A stretch of 23,397 bases of DNA from a virus. Its lineage: Duplodnaviria > Heunggongvirae > Uroviricota > Caudoviricetes. Below, in pieces: positions 17,797-23,397 of this stretch. The stretch covers positions 1 to 23,397 of IMG/VR virus record IMGVR_UViG_2645728091_000017; one strand, 5' to 3'. How positions within the stretch are numbered: the first letter of the stretch is position 1; each line of letters starts with the position of its first letter. The notes beneath the pieces are model-generated. The model searched no databases, was not told the origin of the DNA, and saw only the letters and a program-made list of their open reading frames with translations. Made by a program: the position numbers and the translations under genes.

Positions 17797-18600
17797 TTAC
17801 AGGAAATTAAATTTACCCGCTTTTTCTGAAATCTTACGCCCCGGTGTACGGGTGGATTTATTACCCAGATCGTTAAAACGTTTAACGATATCTTTTGCAT
17901 TATCACGAATAGCCGCAAATTCTTCGGTATCGACCACTTCCGCAATGGTATCCACATCACCCTGAACATCATTCAGCTGATTTTCAATTTTGGCCACACG
18001 GCCTTCCAGTTCGTTTACCGCGTTGGCCAGCGCCTGTAACTTATCATCACCCTGCGCGGCATCATCAGGCGGCGTTTCATCTTCAAACTTTGGCTTAATA
18101 CCAAACAGTTTCTGCCAGTTCTTCATTCTTGCTTCCTGTTTAATTTTTCCATCACGGGAAATTACACAGCTGTAATATCCCTGCTTTGTTAATTTATTGC
18201 GCCGACTACTAAAGCGCAGCCGTGTGGTGCCAACGCTAGCAGGTGTATCTGCTACCGCCAGCCCTTTCAGGTAAGTACGTCCGCTACCACGCCAGTTCTC
18301 ATCCGGTTCAATCGAGAAGAACAGGAGCTGATCTTCATGGTTGGCGAAAATTAAACGCATATTCGGGCAAAGGCTGACATAAAGCCGCGCCAGTCCGTCA
18401 TCGCCATCATGCCAGGTGGCCTCCAGCACCTCCCCAAAATTACCGCAATCATCCTCGTGTTCTGGCCAGATCAAAGCGACATAGTGGTTATAGTCATAGG
18501 TTTCCCCCATATCGATAATCCACTGGCGTTTAATTTCTCTGCCGTCAACGGTATCCCCTTCGGTAGCAACACACAGCCAGTCAGTTTTTAAATGCGACAT
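17797..18600 (-). CDS. O: Capsid scaffolding protein, P2 gpO-like
   Basis: 267 aa; N-terminal VATEGDTVDGREI motif resembles the P2 O N-terminus; coiled-coil acidic C-terminal half. Confidence 0.85.
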   Translation of the reverse strand: MSHLKTDWLCVATEGDTVDGREIKRQWIIDMGETYDYNHYVALIWPEHEDDCGNFGEVLEATWHDGDDGLARLYVSLCPNMRLIFANHEDQLLFFSIEPDENWRGSGRTYLKGLAVADTPASVGTTRLRFSSRRNKLTKQGYYSCVISRDGKIKQEARMKNWQKLFGIKPKFEDETPPDDAAQGDDKLQALANAVNELEGRVAKIENQLNDVQGDVDTIAEVVDTEEFAAIRDNAKDIVKRFNDLGNKSTRTPGRKISEKAGKFNFL

Positions 18601-18761
18601 ATCCCCCCTGATTTATTCACCGACGCTGCAAATCAATTATTGCCAAATAAAACCACCACCGCATCACGCTTTATTCTGAACAGTTCGGTTATCACGTATT
18701 ACCGAACAGACGCGAATTAACACCACCGTTTTTTCATAACAGCCACGGCATAATTATCCGC
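18601..18761. promoter_or_regulatory. Divergent late promoter region between O and P, with a 7-bp perfect dyad GTTCGGT-N11-ACCGAAC at 18683..18707
   Basis: 161-bp intergenic region between divergently transcribed O and P, as in P2 where divergent late promoters sit. The dyad is read directly from the sequence; its function as an activator site is inferred. Confidence 0.4.
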
Positions 18762-20478
18762 ATGGCTAAATACTCAGAAGAACTAAAAGGCGTTGTCCGC
18801 GCACTTTATTTGCGCCGCTATACGCCAAAAGAAATTGCATCAGAACTAAATCTGCCGAATGCGCGGATCGTTTACTACTGGGCTGAGAAATACAGCTGGG
18901 CTGATTTACTCAGTTTTGAAAGCACAGAGGAGGCAATTGAACGTCGCTACCAGCTGCTGGCCAGCCGCGATAATAAAACCGATCTAGACCTCAAAGAAAT
19001 GGACATGCTGATTGCCCACGCCACAAAGCTACGTGCTCAAAGCAATAAGCATAAAGAAAAGATGGCCAGCGGCCAGAGTAACGGGCAGGCAGCTGCGCGC
19101 GACAGCAACAGCGATGAACCGCGCCCCAAACGCAAAAACAGGAAAAACGATATTTCTTCTCTGACTCAGGCGGATTTTGACACCTGGGCGGAAGAACATC
19201 TTTTTGAATACCAGAAACACCTGCGCAGGAACATCGGCCAGCAGGTCAGGAACATCCTTAAAAGCCGCCAGATCGGTGCCACCTGGTACTTTGCATTTGA
19301 AGCCTTTGAAAACGCGGTCATGACAGGCGATCCGCAAATCTTCCTGTCTGCCTCCAAAGTCCAGGCGGAATACTTCCGGTCTTACATCGTCAACATTGCA
19401 GAACAGTATTTTGGCATCACGCTGACCGGCAACCCGATCCGCCTCAGCAACGGCGCTGAACTGCGTTTTCTCTCAACCAACAAAAACACGGCACAGTCCT
19501 ACAGTGGCCACCTGTACTGTGACGAATATTTCTGGGTGCCTAACTTCGCCAGGCTTAACGAAGTGGCCAGCGCAATGGCCACCCATGACAAATGGCGTAC
19601 CACCTACTTTTCAACGCCCTCAGCCAAAACGCACCAGGCTTACCCGTTCTGGACGGGTGAAGAATGGAAACAGGGCAGCAAAAAACGCGCGGCCGCCCAG
19701 TTCCCGTCCTTTGATGAAATGCGTAACGGCGGGCGGCTTCAACCTGGCCAACATCGAGAAGCTGCGCAACCGCTACAACACCGCCACCTTCAACATGCTC
19801 TATATGTGCGTGTTCGTAGACAGCAAGGATTCCGTATTCAGCTTTTCAGACCTGGAAGCCTGCGGCGTGGAGGTGGATACCTGGCAGGATCACAATCCGG
19901 ACGCTGCGCGGCCATTTGGTGACAGGCCAGTATGGGGAGGATTTGACCCGGCACGCAGCGGCGATTTGTCGTGTTTTGTGATTATTGCCCCGCCGATGTA
20001 CGCCGCAGAGAAATTCCGCGTTCTGAAGGTCATTAACTGGAAGGGCATGAACTTCCGCTATCAGGCCAGGCAGATCGAACTCCTGTTTAAAAAATACAAC
20101 TTCACCTATCTGGGAGTGGACGTTACCGGTATTGGCCAGGGTGTTTTTGACAACATCCAGCATTTTGCCATGCGCGTGGCCGTCGCCATTCGTTACGACA
20201 TGAACACAAAAAATCAGCTGGTACTGAAAGCGGCGGACGTGGTGGAAAGTCAGCGTATTGAATGGGACAAGAACCTGAAAGAGATCCCGGCCAGCTTTAT
20301 GGCTGTACGCCGCACCACCACGCAAAGCGGTAACGCCATGACATTTGTCGCTGACCGCAGCCAGGACACTGGCCACGCGGAGGCGTTCTGGGCAATTACC
20401 CACGCCCTGCATAACGAACCACTCAACTACGAAAACAAACCGAAATCCCGCTGGGGTGTAAGGAAAGAGGCTGCATGA
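18762..20478 (+). pseudogene. P: Terminase large (ATPase) subunit, P2 gpP-like, interrupted by a +1 frameshift
   Basis: N-terminal ORF (18762..19922) is terminase-like up to ...SFDEMRNG, then reads a nonsense tail. The downstream ORF (19504..20478) becomes terminase-like from GFNLANIEKLRNRY. Junction is at GGCGGGCGGC (19728..19737); removing one G restores a single reading frame of about 570 aa. Confidence 0.8.
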
Positions 20479-20530
20479 GTAAAAAAACCGCTTCGTTAAG
20501 CGCAACCCGCGCGGCGATAAGTCCAAAAAA

Positions 20531-21535
20531 ATGAGCATCATCACATTCGGCAAACCGGAACCTGTCCTGACCACCGGCACGGATTACCGCGACATCTGGT
20601 ACGACAATGCCGCAGATCACTTTACCCAGCCGATTGACCGGCTGGCACTGGCACAGCTTATCAATCTGAATGGTCAGCATGGCGGCATCATCCACGCCCG
20701 GAAAAATATGATTGTGTCTGATTATATGGGCGGTGGCCTGACTTACGACCAGCTGGAAGCCGCAGCGTTTGACTATACAACCTTCGGGGATATTGCGATT
20801 GGCAAAATCCGCAACGGCTGGGGGGATGTGATTGCCCTGGAACCTTTACCCGGCCTGTATATTCGCCGCCGTAAAGTCAGGGACAACGCCACAGACCAGC
20901 CCGGCGATTATGTGGTGTTACAGGATGGTGAACCGCAGGTATGGCCGCAGGAAGATATCATTTTTATCAAGATGTACGACCCGCAGCAGCATATCTACGG
21001 GCTGCCAGACTATATCGGTGGCGTACACTCGGCATTGCTTAACAGTGAAGCCGTGATTTTCCGCCGCCGCTACTACCACAACGGCGCTCATACTGGCGGC
21101 ATTCTCTATACACGCGATCCCAGCATGACGGATGAAATGGAAGAAGAAATTGAACAGCAGCTGCGTGACAGCAAAGGTATCGGCAACTTCTCGACCATTC
21201 TGGTGAACATACCTGGCGGGGATGGGGATGCAATCAAGTTCATTGAAATGGGGGATATCTCTGCAAAAGATGAATTTGCCAACATCAAAAACATCAGCGC
21301 ACAGGACATTCTCAACGCACACCGCTTTCCCGCTGGGTTGGCCGGAATTGTCCCGCAGAACACCGCTGGCCTGGGGGATGTTGAAAAGGCGGAAAGGATT
21401 TACAAGAAAAGCGAAATAGCACCTATTCAGCGCCGATTTATGACTGCCGTGAACAACGATCCCGAAATACCGAAACGTCTGCACCTTCACTTTGATTTAA
21501 GTTACACAGAATCAACGGATAAGGATGCGGCATGA
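20531..21535 (+). CDS. Q: Portal protein, P2 gpQ-like
   Basis: 334 aa directly downstream of P on the same strand; size and composition match P2-family portal proteins. Confidence 0.85.
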   Translation: MSIITFGKPEPVLTTGTDYRDIWYDNAADHFTQPIDRLALAQLINLNGQHGGIIHARKNMIVSDYMGGGLTYDQLEAAAFDYTTFGDIAIGKIRNGWGDVIALEPLPGLYIRRRKVRDNATDQPGDYVVLQDGEPQVWPQEDIIFIKMYDPQQHIYGLPDYIGGVHSALLNSEAVIFRRRYYHNGAHTGGILYTRDPSMTDEMEEEIEQQLRDSKGIGNFSTILVNIPGGDGDAIKFIEMGDISAKDEFANIKNISAQDILNAHRFPAGLAGIVPQNTAGLGDVEKAERIYKKSEIAPIQRRFMTAVNNDPEIPKRLHLHFDLSYTESTDKDAA

Positions 21536-21585
21536 GGCGAAAAAGGCTAAAATCCAAGCATCATTTAACAGCTGGAGCATGGAAT

Positions 21586-21855
21586 ATGCGAGTTCTGAAA
21601 ATCGAATGCCCGGAATGCGGCTCAAAGGCTGTTATTCGTAAAACAAACCGGAAGCACCGGCAGATTGCGGATATTTACTGCGCCTGTTCAGATGTGGAGT
21701 GTGGCCATACGTTTGTTATGAATCTGACGTTCTCCCACACTCTCAGCCCCAGCGCGAAAACAGGTGATGCGATGGTTCAAGTCCTACTTAACAACTTATC
21801 ACCGTCTCAAAAACAGATGGCACTGGATTTACTGAAAGCCACACCCGCGGCGTGA
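21586..21855 (+). CDS. ogr: Ogr/Delta-family zinc-finger late-gene transcriptional activator
   Basis: MRVLKIECPECG...YCACSDVECGHTF gives the Cys arrangement typical of P2 Ogr / P4 Delta; GGAG 8 nt upstream. An alternative upstream start at 21532 overlaps the Q stop (ATGA) with AAGGA upstream. Confidence 0.75.
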   Translation: MRVLKIECPECGSKAVIRKTNRKHRQIADIYCACSDVECGHTFVMNLTFSHTLSPSAKTGDAMVQVLLNNLSPSQKQMALDLLKATPAA

Positions 21856-22005
21856 GGATATCTCCTGTTTGAGTCATCACTTATGCACAGAATGCTCTTT
21901 CTAGACCCATGACAGTGATCTCTGATATCTTTTCATTATAAGATCAGTGCGTTAAATTTTTTGCATTATATTATTACCTAAAATTGGTGCAGGAGATCTC
22001 CTAGA
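21856..22005 (+). promoter_or_regulatory. AT-rich intergenic region upstream of the cargo gene, bracketed by GGATATCTCCT (21856..21866) and the palindrome AGGAGATCTCCT (21991..22002)
   Basis: Sharp drop in GC after the ogr stop. Sigma70-like hexamers (TTGCAT at 21961, TAAAAT at 21979) are present but with non-canonical spacing, so the promoter call is tentative. Confidence 0.35.
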
Positions 22006-23043
22006 ATGTTTGGTTCAAAGCTTGTAACTAAACTGTGGGAAACCACAGCAGAAAAAGGTATTGGTGCTTTATGTAAGCCCTGGCAAATGCGTAGAGAGGG
22101 AGTTGCCAGTTTAGAAATGGAAAGAAAAAAAATGTTAGTTCTGGCTCAAACAGAGATGGATGTCGAGAACATAAAAAGCGGAAAAGCCATCGTTTCGTTA
22201 AATGATCTAAACAATCCCAAATTGATTTCATTAGAAAATAAACAAGAGTATGATAATTCAGGTTCAATGGAGCCTTACATAGATTTCGATAACTTAAAAA
22301 ACGCAGTAAGTACTCAACTCATTGCAAATGAAGTTCAAAAAGAAATAAACATTGCCAAGTCATTATTTGTTGCTGAAGAAATACTTTCTGTTGATCAGTC
22401 TGAGCCTACTGCTGAAAATATCGAAAATGATTGGTTGCTAAGGTGGAGAGATAGTGCTGCGACAAGTAGTTCTGAGAAGCTACAGGATTTATGGGGAAGA
22501 ATACTTGCAGGTGAACTAAAAAGCCCGGGGTCGTATTCATTAAGAACTGTTGATTTCATCAAAAACCTGACACAAAAAGAAGCAAATAAAATACAAAAAC
22601 TATTCTCTTTCCTCTTTCTTGATAGAATTATCAAGGGGGAAAAAGGTAGTTCTAAATTCGACAATGAATACTTAGATAATGAACTGAACTATAATTTTTT
22701 ATCTGAGATGCAGTCACTCGGAATCATTGCTGGGGTTGAGTCAATGGGATTAGCCTCAACTTTCAAGTCTCTTAGTGAAGAAACCTTTTTTTATTATCAT
22801 ATGTATAATGATAAAGTAATGCAGATTAAACATGACGATCCAGAGAAAGAACTTAAACTAAGGGTTTTAATTCTAACGCCACTTGGCCATGAGTTAAAAA
22901 GTTTATGCCCTGCTACAATTGATAGCATTTATCTCAATCATGTTATTGATGCGATTAAATCATTAGATTTTAAAGTTATCATTGGTGATTGCATACGTAA
23001 AGAAAATGGGGAAATATACTCTAAAAATGAAGTAGAAGTTTAA
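22006..23043 (+). CDS. AT-rich cargo protein of unknown function, 345 aa; candidate single-gene anti-phage defence or exclusion protein
   Basis: Long ORF in markedly AT-rich DNA between the ogr-like gene and a hairpin terminator. AGGAG 8 nt before the ATG. Contains NDWLLRWRDSAATSSSEKLQDLWGRILAGELKSPGSYSLRTVDFIKNLTQKEANKIQKLF, which I recall as DUF2806-like (unverified). Not a virion, lysis or replication gene. Confidence 0.7.
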   Translation: MFGSKLVTKLWETTAEKGIGALCKPWQMRREGVASLEMERKKMLVLAQTEMDVENIKSGKAIVSLNDLNNPKLISLENKQEYDNSGSMEPYIDFDNLKNAVSTQLIANEVQKEINIAKSLFVAEEILSVDQSEPTAENIENDWLLRWRDSAATSSSEKLQDLWGRILAGELKSPGSYSLRTVDFIKNLTQKEANKIQKLFSFLFLDRIIKGEKGSSKFDNEYLDNELNYNFLSEMQSLGIIAGVESMGLASTFKSLSEETFFYYHMYNDKVMQIKHDDPEKELKLRVLILTPLGHELKSLCPATIDSIYLNHVIDAIKSLDFKVIIGDCIRKENGEIYSKNEVEV

Positions 23044-23063
23044 AAACGTAAAAAATCATATCC

Positions 23064-23095
23064 CCCTCACTTTTATCAAAATAAAGTGAGGGTTT
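23064..23095. terminator. Hairpin terminator between convergent genes (possibly bidirectional)
   Basis: Perfect 10-bp stem CCCTCACTTT / AAAGTGAGGG (23064..23073 and 23083..23092) with a 9-nt loop, followed by TTT on the plus strand. Confidence 0.5.
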
Positions 23096-23193
23096 AAGAG
23101 ATATAGATGAATTTATAGTCAACTTACTATTAATCATCTTAAACACTATAACATTCGGCACCTTACAACTGAGATTATAGTATTGTCAATGAG

Positions 23194-23397
23194 TTAACAT
23201 TCCCCATCAGATACTGGAAAGGCCCCTGACCTTGTTTTTTTTAAATCTTTTCTAAGATCGTGTCGCATTTCTCCTGCAATCTCACCAATCCAGGCCAAAG
23301 CGATTGTTTTCTCGCGCTGGTCACTTTCGTACACATGGGCAATTTTGGCCAATAACTCAATGCGCTCCAGCTGTGCCGACGCTTCCAAAAGATCCAT
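23194..23397 (-). CDS. C-terminal fragment of a minus-strand gene continuing beyond the window (unknown function)
   Basis: ORF open to the window edge, ending ...PVSDGEC at 23194; convergent with the cargo gene. No family recognised. Confidence 0.3.
   Translation of the reverse strand: MDLLEASAQLERIELLAKIAHVYESDQREKTIALAWIGEIAGEMRHDLRKDLKKTRSGAFPVSDGEC

Larger units (their letters stand above)
1..23397. mobile_element. P2-family prophage late region (P2-like head and packaging genes with a different contractile-tail module), plus AT-rich cargo at both ends
   Basis: Collinear run of recognisable P2-type Q, P, O, N, M, L proteins and a full contractile tail and lysis module; gene overlaps typical of phage operons. 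Prophage ends are not in the window. Confidence 0.85.

Noticed and set aside
19846-20580. 244-aa minus-strand ORF, and the similar ORF at 20918..21490
   Set aside because: Antisense to the terminase and portal genes, which have clear family-level identity; no ribosome-binding site logic.
21856-22005. P2-type cos site expected near the portal gene
   Set aside because: The region is AT-rich with no GC-rich 19-nt cohesive-end-like sequence; the cos site is probably elsewhere or outside the window.

Overview
The window is almost entirely the late (virion and lysis) region of a P2-family prophage, probably in an enterobacterial host, annotated by reading the six-frame translations and the DNA by eye; no searches were run. 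On the minus strand a tightly coupled operon of about 17 kb runs from the capsid scaffold gene down through capsid, small terminase, head completion, tail completion, sheath, tube, a lysis cassette, chaperone, tape measure, baseplate, tail fiber and three unassigned late genes. On the plus strand, diverging from the scaffold gene, are the large terminase, the portal and an Ogr/Delta-type zinc-finger activator. The best candidate for a new system is an AT-rich 345-aa cargo gene (22006..23043) directly downstream of portal and ogr, which I propose as a single-gene anti-phage or exclusion candidate. Other points worth follow-up are a histidine-rich heptad-repeat ORF inserted between the small terminase and head completion genes, apparent frameshifts in the large terminase and tail fiber assembly genes, a programmed -1 frameshift site in the tail chaperone, and AT-rich moron genes at the left end. 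No integrase, att site, cos site, tRNA or CRISPR array was identified.
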